The notes under the pieces: model-generated
The model's input: only the letters and a program-made list of their open reading frames with translations
What the model was told of the DNA's origin: nothing
Databases searched by the model: none
Program-made: the position numbers and the translations under genes
Part shown: positions 1 through 9,564 of the stretch, piece after piece
Position numbering within the stretch: position 1 is the first letter of the stretch
Layout: each line of letters opens with the position of its first letter
Source of the DNA: Promethearchaeota archaeon
GTDB taxonomy: Archaea > Asgardarchaeota > Lokiarchaeia > Sigyniarchaeales > SOKP01
DNA length: 22,830 nt
Assembly (NCBI GenBank): GCA_048941265.1
Contig: JBHLNT010000017.1
Span: 1-22,830 of the forward strand
Direction of reading: 5' to 3'

Positions 1-464
1 AGTGGAATGAGAGCTGCTAGAGGTATTTCCTCTACGTTTCTCCCTCCCATAAAACAACAAGCAGGGAGTCCTGTTAGCTTTCCCATTAAATCATAACATG
101 CCATATCTAACAGTCCTTTAGCATTTTCACTGCGGGCTATATTATTATCCATTCTCCAATTAATTTTTTCGATATTAAATGGATTCTCCCCTAATACATA
201 ATTAGCCAAACCCCCTTTTATTGCATCTATAATTTGTAATGGAGAAACTCCGGATTCTGGCAACCAAACAAATGATTCGGCATAACCTTCAGTTCCATCA
301 TTACAAATTAGTTTTGCAATTACAAAATCTCCTCCAAACCATGCTTCTTCAGCAGGAATGGCCATCCCCAATGTCCCTTCTCCCTCCCCCATAGCTTTTC
401 TCACAATTTCTTTAAAAGGTACGTGCAATGGGGTAAGTTCAATACGCTCAATCTCGTGTTTCAA
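1..464 (-). CDS. Mandelate racemase/muconate lactonizing enzyme family protein (enolase superfamily), N-terminal part; runs off the left edge
   Basis: Not in the ORF track. Manual translation from TTG at 464 (AAGGA upstream) is open to the edge: (M)KHEIERIELTPLHVPFKE...VIAKLICNDGTEGYAES...YVLGENPFNIEKINWRM...AKGLLDMACYDLMGKLTGLPACCFMGG. This contains the typical capping-domain motifs G..G.GE, LGE.P..IE and A.G.LDMA.YDL.GK..G.P....LGG. Confidence 0.88.
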   Translation of the reverse strand, partial: MKHEIERIELTPLHVPFKEIVRKAMGEGEGTLGMAIPAEEAWFGGDFVIAKLICNDGTEGYAESFVWLPESGVSPLQIIDAIKGGLANYVLGENPFNIEKINWRMDNNIARSENAKGLLDMACYDLMGKLTGLPACCFMGGRNVEEIPLAALIP

Positions 465-667
465 TTTTAATCATCCTTAATTCTTAATTAGTCCTTTTTT
501 TTAATTTTCAATAAAGGTTATTTTCTAAATTAGCCTTAATTTAATCCGTTTATAGTTAATTAAAACATGTAAATGGTTTATAGTTATAGTTTCATAAATT
601 ATACATTTTTAAAATAAAAAAATTAAATATATTTATTAAGATATATATAATCAAGCGGATCATAAAT

Positions 668-1000
668 ATGAGTTTAGATTGGATTTCTTATTTGAGCTTG
701 ATTTGTTCAATTATAAGTATCATTTTCTTCGTTTATAGTTTAATCTTGGTTAAAAATGTTAAGGAGTTATTCCCTAGCACGATTATTATTAAGAAATGGT
801 TTATAATCCAAACGCCAATCGTCTTATTTCTATTAGGTTATATATTTAATATAATGTTATTATTGCTCGAAAAAACAGAACTTATCATTTTTATGGTTGC
901 CATCGTTTATATCTTTGGAGGTTTATTTGTAGCACTCGTTATTCGTTTAGTTTTTAAAACTTATAAAACAATTCTTTTAGAATCCTCATTTAATAAATAA
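668..1000 (+). CDS. Small integral membrane protein (about 3 TM helices), unknown function
   Basis: 110 aa ORF with three hydrophobic stretches; 13 bp upstream of the next + strand gene, so probably co-transcribed. Confidence 0.75.
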   Translation: MSLDWISYLSLICSIISIIFFVYSLILVKNVKELFPSTIIIKKWFIIQTPIVLFLLGYIFNIMLLLLEKTELIIFMVAIVYIFGGLFVALVIRLVFKTYKTILLESSFNK

Positions 1001-1013
1001 AGGGAAGGTCTTA

Positions 1014-1430
1014 ATGCCAAAATCCTCAAAACTGTCTTCGATTCTTAAAGAACTCTGGGTCTTTTCACAAGCCGGAATCCCTATTGTAGAATTTTCCAAA
1101 GAAACGGGCTTAGATAAATTTTTAATGGGAAGTTTTGTATCGGCAATTAAGTTGTATAGCCAACATCTCAGCGAAAAAGGTTTAAACAGTTTTATATTAG
1201 AAAACCACAAATTTGTTCTTAAATCACTCCTTGAGGGAACTGCAATCCTAGTAATTAGAACCGATGCAAAAATTAAAGAGAAAAAGATTGATAAACAATG
1301 CAACGTAATTGCCCGAATTTTTGAAGAATTATATAAGCCCGAGGATGTTAAAAAATGGGACGGAACTCTCTCTTATTTTGATGAATTCAAAGAAAAATTA
1401 GAACTCTACTTTAAGATGAGTAATTTATAA
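1014..1430 (+). CDS. Longin-like domain protein (Asgard type)
   Basis: Pattern ELWVFSQAGIPIV (beta hairpin), DKFLMGSFVSAI (helix), three strands, two helices, ending WDGTLSYFDEF. Clearly paralogous by eye to 10018..10395. Confidence 0.7.
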   Translation: MPKSSKLSSILKELWVFSQAGIPIVEFSKETGLDKFLMGSFVSAIKLYSQHLSEKGLNSFILENHKFVLKSLLEGTAILVIRTDAKIKEKKIDKQCNVIARIFEELYKPEDVKKWDGTLSYFDEFKEKLELYFKMSNL

Positions 1431-1450
1431 TATTCGAGTAAACATAGAGA

Positions 1451-1875
1451 TTATTCTATAAACATTGTATTTGGCAAAACCCATACCGGAGGATCCTTTT
1501 TAAGACCTATTTTTTTCAATTTTATTAATTTATCTTTATATTTGTCAAAGAAACTTGGACCTAATAGACAAACCCCCTCATCAATAGCATCTAATATAGA
1601 AATCGTTCCCTTATTAAACATTTCATTAAATTCTTGGTGATTATAGCAAAACGCATCTAATCCAACTTTATAATTATGATTCTCATAAAAATATTTGCCC
1701 CTATCAATAAATTTTCCTTCAAATTGCAGTGTATTACCAACGATTTTACTGCCTTTTATAACGCTTGTTGTGAATGAAACACAGCGGTATTGTATCTTTC
1801 ATTTATAAGAAGAATTTTCGCATTCTCAAGATCCCAATTTGCCTCATCAAGCCATAATTCGACGTCTTTTTTCAT
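1451..1875 (-). pseudogene. Degraded HEPN-MNT toxin-antitoxin remnant (HEPN N-terminus joined to nucleotidyltransferase C-terminus)
   Basis: ATG at 1875 gives MKKDVELWLDEANWDLENAKILLINERYNTAVFHSQQAL*KAVKS, the HEPN FHSQQAxEKAxK motif with TAA at 1756-1758 in place of GAA. A different frame from about 1745 gives IVGNTLQFEGKFIDRGKYFYE..VGLDAFCYNHQEFNEMFNKGTISILDAIDEGVCL...* (stop 1451-1453), like the C-terminal half of archaeal MNTs but without the GS/DxD motif. Confidence 0.72.
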
Positions 1876-2011
1876 ATATCTCTTATAAACAAATGCTCCT
1901 AAATATCTTAAATTATATAATTCCAAACTATAATTTATTTTTTTTACTTTAAATTAAAGTTTGGAATTAAATTTCAATTATTTCTAGTCATTTAAACACG
2001 CTTTTAATAAA

Positions 2012-4810
2012 CTATTTTAACTCGGTATTGAGTTTAAAAGTAGCTATTACATTAGCTCCAATTTCAATTTTGACGACGTTTTCATTAATATCGTGAATTT
2101 CAGCGTTAATTTCATTTTTAGGTGGTTCTTCCAGTAAGTTTACTAATTCACCATTTTTTATCGCAATTCCTTTATAGAATATCAAATTTGCTTTTTGAGA
2201 ATTCGATGCTAAGTTATACAACCTTACAATGATAGAGTTATCTTCTTCGGATTTCTTTAAAGCGCTTAATAAAACGTTTTTATTGTCAACCTCTAAAAAG
2301 CTCATGCTTTCAGGTAAATAAGGCTCAAATTCTTTAGGAGGTACATTCTTAAATATCTGAAAAATAGAAGAAGGCGATAAAAGAAGTTTATTATTTTGTC
2401 TAATGACAATTTTAAGACTATCTGGTATGATTGTCATAAGAGGATTATTAAATTCTTTGCCTATTTTAGGAAATTCAGCAACTAAGAAATCTTTTTTATG
2501 ATTCTGTATACAAAGTGATAAATCAAATTCATATTTTCCAAGACATTGAGCTTTAGGGGTATATAGTGGAGGGCCAGCTATTGCGCTTCTCATACCCGTC
2601 CTTGTCGAAAGATCTCCACGTGAAAGCCATCCAACACATCTTAATAAAGTAATGGCAAGCTTAATTGCTCCATTTTCATCTTTAATAGCCTCATACTCTG
2701 GCAATCCTTTATTAAATATAGCAAAACAAGTTTTATTATCCTGAGCACACACAAAATCCTTCTGATGATTTGTAGGGAGTGCCTTTTGAGCCCATCCCCT
2801 ACTATTAGGTAATTCTATATTTCTTGGAATAACATAAAAATGACCATCCGCAAATACTTTTTCACTTTTTACTTTAGATGAAAAGATAGCCCTGATTCTA
2901 TGATCTTGGCTTTGGTTATCAATCTTTATTTTAAAATGTATATGATTAATTTCTTTATATAGGGTAGTATAAACGCTAATTTTGTTTGGGATCAAAATTT
3001 CTTCTCGTTTTGTTCTGTCTTTCGCTAACGAGATTGGTAAGTTTAATATCATACTAAGCTTCAATGTTTTTTGAGAGGGACCCGCTATTTTCAAACTCGT
3101 TTTTAGTTGGGTTGCATCTTTTAAAATATATTTTTTGTCCATTGCACCCTTTTTAGGACCTGAAAAGTCGTATTCATCACCCCAGTCTCCTACATCTTCG
3201 AATTCTAATATATTTTCATATAAAATTTCACTTTTCTTATCTAATAAATCAAGTTGACCATCATTATTAATGGAAACTTTAAAATATTTGTTCTCGATAC
3301 TCTTTTTGTTTAGATTAAGGTCATTTTTAGGTTTAGGACTTTCATCAGGATTCGTATACAATACATAATATACTTTATATCCACATGCCGGAACTTTGGC
3401 TATAAAAGTAATTCTATATGAAGCATTTGGTTCAATCCAAAACCTTGGTTTCTCTTTTATTTTAAAAATTTGATAGTTAATATTGTTACCCTCATAATCG
3501 ATAATTGTTAGTTCGCTTTGAATTTCATTAGGATCTTTATTCGCAAGGACACTTATTTCAAAATATGAAATATCTTTCCTCTCCCATGGTAATGGATTGT
3601 AAATTATTATCGGGATTTTTTCATCATCTGTTTGAAACTTAATTAAATCAGAGAGATAAATGGAGGAATTTTTTGTAATTTCGTTTGCAATTTGTTCGGA
3701 CCACTGAAATCGTGTTTTCATTTCTTCATGGACCTCATCGATGCTACATCCGCATATCGAGTCATGAGGATGATTTTTTAGTAGCCATTTGAGCCCGGTC
3801 CATAGATAAGCCTTCGGATAACTGAACTTATTATACTTATCAAGTACCCAAGTAATAGTAGAGAGGGGTTCTGCATACTTTTCATATAAATATTCGATTT
3901 TTGTATTTTCTTGTTTTATCCATATTCTCGCAGAAAATACACCCGAAAGGAGAGGATGATATTTTCCTCCTCTGAGTTCTCCCTCATAACTTTTTAATGT
4001 AGGATTTGCTGATGAAATCAGATTGACATAATTTTCAAAGTCATTTATCTCCATGAAACTATCGGGATTTGCTTCATTCCATTGTTTAATTATTATCGGA
4101 ACTTCGGGTTGTGCAAATAAATGATCCGAACCGTTATTTAGCAAGACAATATCCGTTGCAGTATACTTTTCTAATCTTCCCACTGCTTTTTTAATTTTTT
4201 TGAGTGCAGCAAGATATTTCCCATTGGTAATAGTGATATTAAGGTTTGCCGCTGAGGAATATCCGTAAATTAAATGGATTGTTAAAATTGATGCGCTGTT
4301 TCTAGGTGCGTTCCATATAAACTCCATATTTAAGTTGTTTTCCTCAAATTCATTGCCAAACCCTCTCATAAATAACATAGAGGGAATCTCACATCCTTGC
4401 AATATTTGGGGTAGCTGTGCGATATGTCCAAAAGGATCCGGGATATATCCCGCTTTCATAACTTTGCCAAATTTCCTCCCGATTATATGCCCTAACATTA
4501 AATTTCGAATAATAGATTCTCCACTTACTAAAAATTCATCGGGTAATACATACATAGGACCAATAGAAAGTCGATCTTCTTTTACGAATTTTTCAATCAT
4601 TTCTTTTTTTTCTGGTCTTACTTCCAGATAATCTTCTAATGGTATAACTTGACCGTCTATTGTGAAATTTTTGAAATTGAGATCGTTCTTAAGGATATCT
4701 AATAACTTATCCATCATAATTACAAGATAAGCTCTAAACTCGTTGAATGTCATGTACCATTCGCGATCCCAGTGAGTTGTTGGAACTATAATTATCTTAT
4801 TCGCTTTCAT
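2012..4810 (-). CDS. Glycoside hydrolase family 38 alpha-mannosidase (MngB/Ams1-like, probably cytoplasmic)
   Basis: 932 aa; THWDREWY, DGQ, GPMYVLPDEFLVSGES, DPFGH (nucleophile), HDSICG, TLLRCVGWLSRGDL..R and C-terminal LSALKKSE...IIVRLYN motifs; no signal peptide. Confidence 0.95.
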   Translation of the reverse strand: MKANKIIIVPTTHWDREWYMTFNEFRAYLVIMMDKLLDILKNDLNFKNFTIDGQVIPLEDYLEVRPEKKEMIEKFVKEDRLSIGPMYVLPDEFLVSGESIIRNLMLGHIIGRKFGKVMKAGYIPDPFGHIAQLPQILQGCEIPSMLFMRGFGNEFEENNLNMEFIWNAPRNSASILTIHLIYGYSSAANLNITITNGKYLAALKKIKKAVGRLEKYTATDIVLLNNGSDHLFAQPEVPIIIKQWNEANPDSFMEINDFENYVNLISSANPTLKSYEGELRGGKYHPLLSGVFSARIWIKQENTKIEYLYEKYAEPLSTITWVLDKYNKFSYPKAYLWTGLKWLLKNHPHDSICGCSIDEVHEEMKTRFQWSEQIANEITKNSSIYLSDLIKFQTDDEKIPIIIYNPLPWERKDISYFEISVLANKDPNEIQSELTIIDYEGNNINYQIFKIKEKPRFWIEPNASYRITFIAKVPACGYKVYYVLYTNPDESPKPKNDLNLNKKSIENKYFKVSINNDGQLDLLDKKSEILYENILEFEDVGDWGDEYDFSGPKKGAMDKKYILKDATQLKTSLKIAGPSQKTLKLSMILNLPISLAKDRTKREEILIPNKISVYTTLYKEINHIHFKIKIDNQSQDHRIRAIFSSKVKSEKVFADGHFYVIPRNIELPNSRGWAQKALPTNHQKDFVCAQDNKTCFAIFNKGLPEYEAIKDENGAIKLAITLLRCVGWLSRGDLSTRTGMRSAIAGPPLYTPKAQCLGKYEFDLSLCIQNHKKDFLVAEFPKIGKEFNNPLMTIIPDSLKIVIRQNNKLLLSPSSIFQIFKNVPPKEFEPYLPESMSFLEVDNKNVLLSALKKSEEDNSIIVRLYNLASNSQKANLIFYKGIAIKNGELVNLLEEPPKNEINAEIHDINENVVKIEIGANVIATFKLNTELK

Positions 4811-4913
4811 TTTTCCAAAACAATATTTTTATTTTTTCCTATAATGTTGAAACTATTATTAATTAATTTATATATAAGTAATCGAAAAATTAGGAAGATT
4901 ATAATTCTAAAAA

Positions 4914-5801
4914 TTAAATAATGGGCGTTGATAACACATTTGAAATCTCTTCCCAATAGATTTTTATATCCCACTTTTCATTTTTCTTTAATTTTAGAGA
5001 AAAATTTTTAAAGATTTCTTTAATTTCGAATGATTCAAAATAGTTAATTTTGGGAGCAATTACTGCAATCATGAATTGTCTTTCTCCCCCTCTTGAGGTT
5101 TTATCTCGATATGAATCAAAGAGAATATACCCATATTTTTTTATGTTTTCGATATTTAACAAGAGTCCCTCTGCTTCAGTTATATCTTCATTTCCATAAA
5201 TTGAAACGGTAGCTTGAAATAATTGAGTTCCTATATCTCTAATCGGGATTGGTAAATATTCTTCTTTTGGATAATAATCCTTTAGTTCGGGGCCTATTCG
5301 ATCATCCCATATTACAATCAATAAATGTACGAGGTTCTTTTCTTCCTCGGAAATAGATGCCTTGCTTTCTACATTTAATGATAAGAGCAATTCTTCAACT
5401 TTTTGATTAACAGATTTGTTTTTTTTATTTCGAGCAATTTTACCAGATACAATAGCAATTAAATCTTCTTCATTAAAGGGTTTAGTAATATAATCGTCTA
5501 CACCCAACATTTTTCCAAACCGAATATCTTCGGGTGATGATCGTGCTGAAAGAAATATAAATGGTATTCTATTCCATCGCAAATCTTCAAAAATTGTCTT
5601 GAAAAAATCATAACCGTTCATTTTTGGCATCATAATATCACTAATTATTACTTCTGGAGGTTTTCTAAGTTCATTAAGGATATTGATTGCTTTTTCTCCA
5701 TTTTCAGCAGTAATTGCCTCAAATCCATTAGCTTCTAAAATTAATTTAATACTAAACAAAATGTCGGCATTATCTTCAACAACAAGAATTAGAGGCTTCA
5801 A
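4914..5801 (-). CDS. Response regulator: REC domain fused to a uDENN/longin-like output domain
   Basis: TTG start. REC residues are intact (ED9-10, D55 in SDIMMP, S85, K107 in TKPF). C-terminal domain from about aa 158 contains LLIVIWDDRIGPELKDYYP and YILFDSYRDKTSRGGERQFMIAVI. The REC call is secure; the output-domain call is inference. Confidence 0.9.
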   Translation of the reverse strand: MKPLILVVEDNADILFSIKLILEANGFEAITAENGEKAINILNELRKPPEVIISDIMMPKMNGYDFFKTIFEDLRWNRIPFIFLSARSSPEDIRFGKMLGVDDYITKPFNEEDLIAIVSGKIARNKKNKSVNQKVEELLLSLNVESKASISEEEKNLVHLLIVIWDDRIGPELKDYYPKEEYLPIPIRDIGTQLFQATVSIYGNEDITEAEGLLLNIENIKKYGYILFDSYRDKTSRGGERQFMIAVIAPKINYFESFEIKEIFKNFSLKLKKNEKWDIKIYWEEISNVLSTPII

Positions 5802-5872
5802 GCTAAATTTATGGCATTTCTCTTTATTATAATAAATAATTGTTCTAAAGATTTTAATAATTTTATTTAAAA

Positions 5873-8767
5873 TTATCCTTCAATTCTAGGGAGAAATACA
5901 TAAAAATTTGATCCCTTTCTAAACTCGCTCTCTACAAATATTTCTCCATTATGAAGTTGCGTTAATTCTCTCGCAATAGATAATCCTAAACCAGTTCCAG
6001 AGATCTCTTTTACTTGCTCAGATCTAAAAAATCGTTCAAATAAATGAGGAATATCTTTTTCGCTAATTCCTATTCCATAATCCTTAAATTGAAAAAGAAC
6101 TCCCCTTATTCCATTAGGATTATATTTCCCTTTATAATTATTAATAGCACTAATCTCAATCTTAGAATCTACTTCAGAATATTTAATCGCATTATCAATG
6201 AGTATCCGAAAAATTTGGTCAATCCGTTTTGGATCACCAAACAACTGAATGTTTTCATTTATTAGTATTTCAAAGATGATCCCTTTTTCTTTACCCTTTT
6301 GCTCCATTAGAGTTAAAATCTCATTTACAATCTCTAAAGGTGAATATTCCACCATGTCAATATCTAATCGGTGTTCATCAATTCTTGAAACCATAAGAAT
6401 ATCTTCGGCTAATTTATGAAGTAAAAAGGTATTTCTACTAATACCATCCATTAAACGTTGCTCCAATTCTGGAGTGATATTTTCCTTATGGTTTTTTAAA
6501 TAATCTAATGACATTAATATAACAGTAATGGGTGTTCTTAATTCATGTGATACAGTAGAAATTAAATGTTCTAATCTCTTCTCTGCTAGAATGCGTTCTG
6601 TAATGTCCATCCCATAAATATTAATATAATTAACGCCCTCAACTGGTGTAATAACAAAGGAATAAAATTTATTCTTAATTTCCTTCTCTATAGTTTTTAA
6701 TTTTTTATTTGATAGTACTTCCATAATGTCATCTTTTAATAAGATTGGAAGTGGGCTCCCTTTACTGATATTAAAGAGATCTTCTCCGATTTTGTTACAA
6801 TAAATTATAGTCTCATTATTTACCCTTAATACAGGCATGGGATTTTCAGAAGGAAATTTAGCTAAATCTGCAATTTTCTCCTCAATCTTCTTTCGCTCAG
6901 TAATATCACGGCAGATTGATTGAAAATAAATATTTCCTGATAATTCAATTACTTTAGCCGATACATAAACGTCCTTAATCTCTCCACTCTTAGTTCGAAA
7001 TTTCGTCTCAAAGTCATCTCTTCCCTCTTTTAGAATTGTTTCTATATGCTTTTTAGTCTCTTCAGGAGCCTCTTGAGCATCATATTCATTGATTTGAAGT
7101 CTCGCAAACTCTTCGTGGGTGTATCCTAATAATTTACACATTGGATCGTTGAATTCAACCGCTCTTCTTGATAGGGGATCCAATATCATAATCCCATCAG
7201 GGGATTGTTCAAATGTTGTTCGATAACGCAATTCGGCTTCCCTGATCCTCCTTTCAGCTTCTCTCTGTTCGGTGATGTCGATAAATGTTGCAAAATCGGC
7301 AATTCTTCCAAGATATTGAATAGCTTTTGATCTGATTTCAATCCATTTAATGTCATCTGATTTTGTTATAATTCTACATGTATAATTAGATAATAAATCC
7401 TTATAACCTTCCATTTTTTTTTTATATTCTTCAATAACAACCGGTAAATCATCTGGATGAATTTTCTTCGAAAATTCCATTTGAGACCACTCGCTAATCT
7501 CCTCCTTAGAATAACCCGTTATTTCAGACAGGGCCTTATTTGAATATTTAACCAATCCATCTTGCAAAATTACTATTCCCAGAGAAGATTGTTCTGCGAT
7601 CGTTCGAAATTTTTCTTCGCTTTCTGCTAAAGCGAGTTCAAATTCTTTTTTATCCGAAATATCTTGAATGTTTTTAATAATTACTTTTTGACCCCCGATA
7701 TCTATTAATTCTGCGTTCATTAAGGCAAAAAAAGATTCACTATTTTTCCTTTTAAGTATAACTTCGAAATTATTCACTTTGCTAGTTTTAAATAAATTTT
7801 CTAATAATCTTTTACGTTCTTTTGGATCATCATAAATCATACTCCGGTTTATGTTTTTTAATTCTTCAAGAGAATAACCAATTATTTCTTGAAATTTTTT
7901 ATTAATTGATATCATATTACCTTGCATATCTGCGATGCCTATTCCTACTGGTGATGCTTCAAAAAGATTAAAATATTTTTCCTCAGATTTTTTCAATTTC
8001 CTAAAAAGTAAATTATAAGGATTTTCAAGACCGATTACGATAATGGCTTTATATAAGAAAAAAAATGCTATGATTTTAAAAATATGCCCTAATAAGTTCG
8101 AGAATCCATAGACGCTAACATATAAGGTAAACACAAATTCGCCAATAATTGTAGTTATAAGTGAGCCTATTATAAATATATATATTTTTTTATTCAATTC
8201 ACTACGAAATTTACGCATTACTAGGATTGTAATTATAAGAATGAAAATAATGATGTATTCACTGATAATCTTAAATGGGGTTAAACCTGATCCTTCAATA
8301 TAACAAACAGGGAAAAATCCTGCAAATATACTGTAAATTAGTATAAATGTAATAAGCGTATAACCAATAAGTAAATAATTTATCTTAACTTCTTTATTAA
8401 ATACTAACGAAGCATATAGGAATGAAATTGCTTGGAGGTATCGTGCCGCAATCCACAATGAAGTAGGGAGATTGGAATCATACCCAATAAAGATGTTCAT
8501 GCCTGTATAAGCTAATGTGTGGATAAGATCAATAAAGCCCACATATAATAGAGAAATTCCAACCACTAAAAAAAAGGAATTATCTATATTCTCTCGGGAG
8601 TTCCAACAAATTACAAATATTCCCTCTGCGACAATAATACTAAATAATTCCGCTATCGTATGAAAAAGAAGAAAGCTGTAAAAACTGGTTAAATATGTGC
8701 CAACTAGGATTAAAGAAAAAATTATTAGCTCAATGTTTTCTTGTTTCTTTTTAGATTTACTAGACAT
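5873..8767 (-). CDS. Membrane sensor histidine kinase: MASE3 - 3 PAS/PAC - short PAS - HisKA - HATPase
   Basis: MASE3-type motifs LLFHTIAELFSIIV, DLIHTLAY.GMNIF and WIAARYLQA. PAS repeats start at SEEKYFNLFE, SEEKFRTIAE, AELRYRTTFE and FPSENPMPVLRV. H-box SHELRTP, N-box LIDNAIKYS, DYGIGI, LFERFFR, GTGLGL. Confidence 0.95.
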   Translation of the reverse strand: MSSKSKKKQENIELIIFSLILVGTYLTSFYSFLLFHTIAELFSIIVAEGIFVICWNSRENIDNSFFLVVGISLLYVGFIDLIHTLAYTGMNIFIGYDSNLPTSLWIAARYLQAISFLYASLVFNKEVKINYLLIGYTLITFILIYSIFAGFFPVCYIEGSGLTPFKIISEYIIIFILIITILVMRKFRSELNKKIYIFIIGSLITTIIGEFVFTLYVSVYGFSNLLGHIFKIIAFFFLYKAIIVIGLENPYNLLFRKLKKSEEKYFNLFEASPVGIGIADMQGNMISINKKFQEIIGYSLEELKNINRSMIYDDPKERKRLLENLFKTSKVNNFEVILKRKNSESFFALMNAELIDIGGQKVIIKNIQDISDKKEFELALAESEEKFRTIAEQSSLGIVILQDGLVKYSNKALSEITGYSKEEISEWSQMEFSKKIHPDDLPVVIEEYKKKMEGYKDLLSNYTCRIITKSDDIKWIEIRSKAIQYLGRIADFATFIDITEQREAERRIREAELRYRTTFEQSPDGIMILDPLSRRAVEFNDPMCKLLGYTHEEFARLQINEYDAQEAPEETKKHIETILKEGRDDFETKFRTKSGEIKDVYVSAKVIELSGNIYFQSICRDITERKKIEEKIADLAKFPSENPMPVLRVNNETIIYCNKIGEDLFNISKGSPLPILLKDDIMEVLSNKKLKTIEKEIKNKFYSFVITPVEGVNYINIYGMDITERILAEKRLEHLISTVSHELRTPITVILMSLDYLKNHKENITPELEQRLMDGISRNTFLLHKLAEDILMVSRIDEHRLDIDMVEYSPLEIVNEILTLMEQKGKEKGIIFEILINENIQLFGDPKRIDQIFRILIDNAIKYSEVDSKIEISAINNYKGKYNPNGIRGVLFQFKDYGIGISEKDIPHLFERFFRSEQVKEISGTGLGLSIARELTQLHNGEIFVESEFRKGSNFYVFLPRIEG

Positions 8768-8979
8768 ATTCTTTGTAGGAAAAAGATATTTAAAATCGTA
8801 AATTATATTGATTTGATCAATTTAATCTTTTGTCTTATAGATTTTTAATAGAACGCTATTTCTATATAATAAGACTTTTTAAGCTTTATTATCTAAAATA
8901 TTAAATTTATATAGAAGAATTTGTTTGAATTAAGTATTATATTAATTGATCATAATAAAATCATTTACTAGAAAAGAAA

Positions 8980-9528
8980 ATGACTGATCCAACTGAAATT
9001 AAGAAACCAACTAAGATTTTGATAATGGGATTAGATAATAGCGGAAAAACGTCTATTTTAATGAGTTTAAGGGAGAATACTAATCTATTATCTTATTTTT
9101 CGTTAAGACCCACTAAAGGTCTATCTGTAGAAGAATTTAATGGTGATACGCAAGGAATGGTCTGTTGGGATCTCGGTGGTCAAGTCCAATACCGAAATAA
9201 ATATATGAAAGATTTTAGTAGATATGCCAAGGAAACTGAAAAAATTATTTTTGTGATTGATATTCAGGATACAAATAGATATAATATAGCATTGGAATAT
9301 CTGGAGGAACTAATTCATGTCCTTAAAGACTCTAAGAATTTTATAGAAATCTCTCTGTTTTTACATAAATTTGATCCAAATTTGATTAAAAGAGACGATT
9401 TCAAAGAATTATATCAAAAAATCAATACAGAATTGGTTAATAAAATTAGAGAAATCATCCCAAATAATTTCAATTATGATATTTTTAAAACAACCATTTA
9501 TACGGTTTTTGAAAAAAGTCTATTTTAA
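8980..9528 (+). CDS. Small Ras-superfamily GTPase, Rag(Gtr)/Arf-like
   Basis: G1 GLDNSGKTS, G2 RPT45, G3 WDLGGQ, G4 HKFD (His variant as in Rag GTPases), G5 TTIY (Rag-type TSI[WY]). Confidence 0.92.
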   Translation: MTDPTEIKKPTKILIMGLDNSGKTSILMSLRENTNLLSYFSLRPTKGLSVEEFNGDTQGMVCWDLGGQVQYRNKYMKDFSRYAKETEKIIFVIDIQDTNRYNIALEYLEELIHVLKDSKNFIEISLFLHKFDPNLIKRDDFKELYQKINTELVNKIREIIPNNFNYDIFKTTIYTVFEKSLF

Positions 9529-9564
9529 TCAAACTCAAATAATAAATCAGGAGATAAGATTCTC

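Noticed and set aside
986-6265. Track ORFs 986..1303(-), 4335..4631(+) and 6044..6265(+)
   Set aside because: Antisense shadows overlapping well-supported genes; no motifs.
8807-8821. ATTGAT-TTG-ATCAAT inverted repeat in the kinase/GTPase divergent promoter
   Set aside because: 6 bp AT-rich arms are expected by chance at this base composition.
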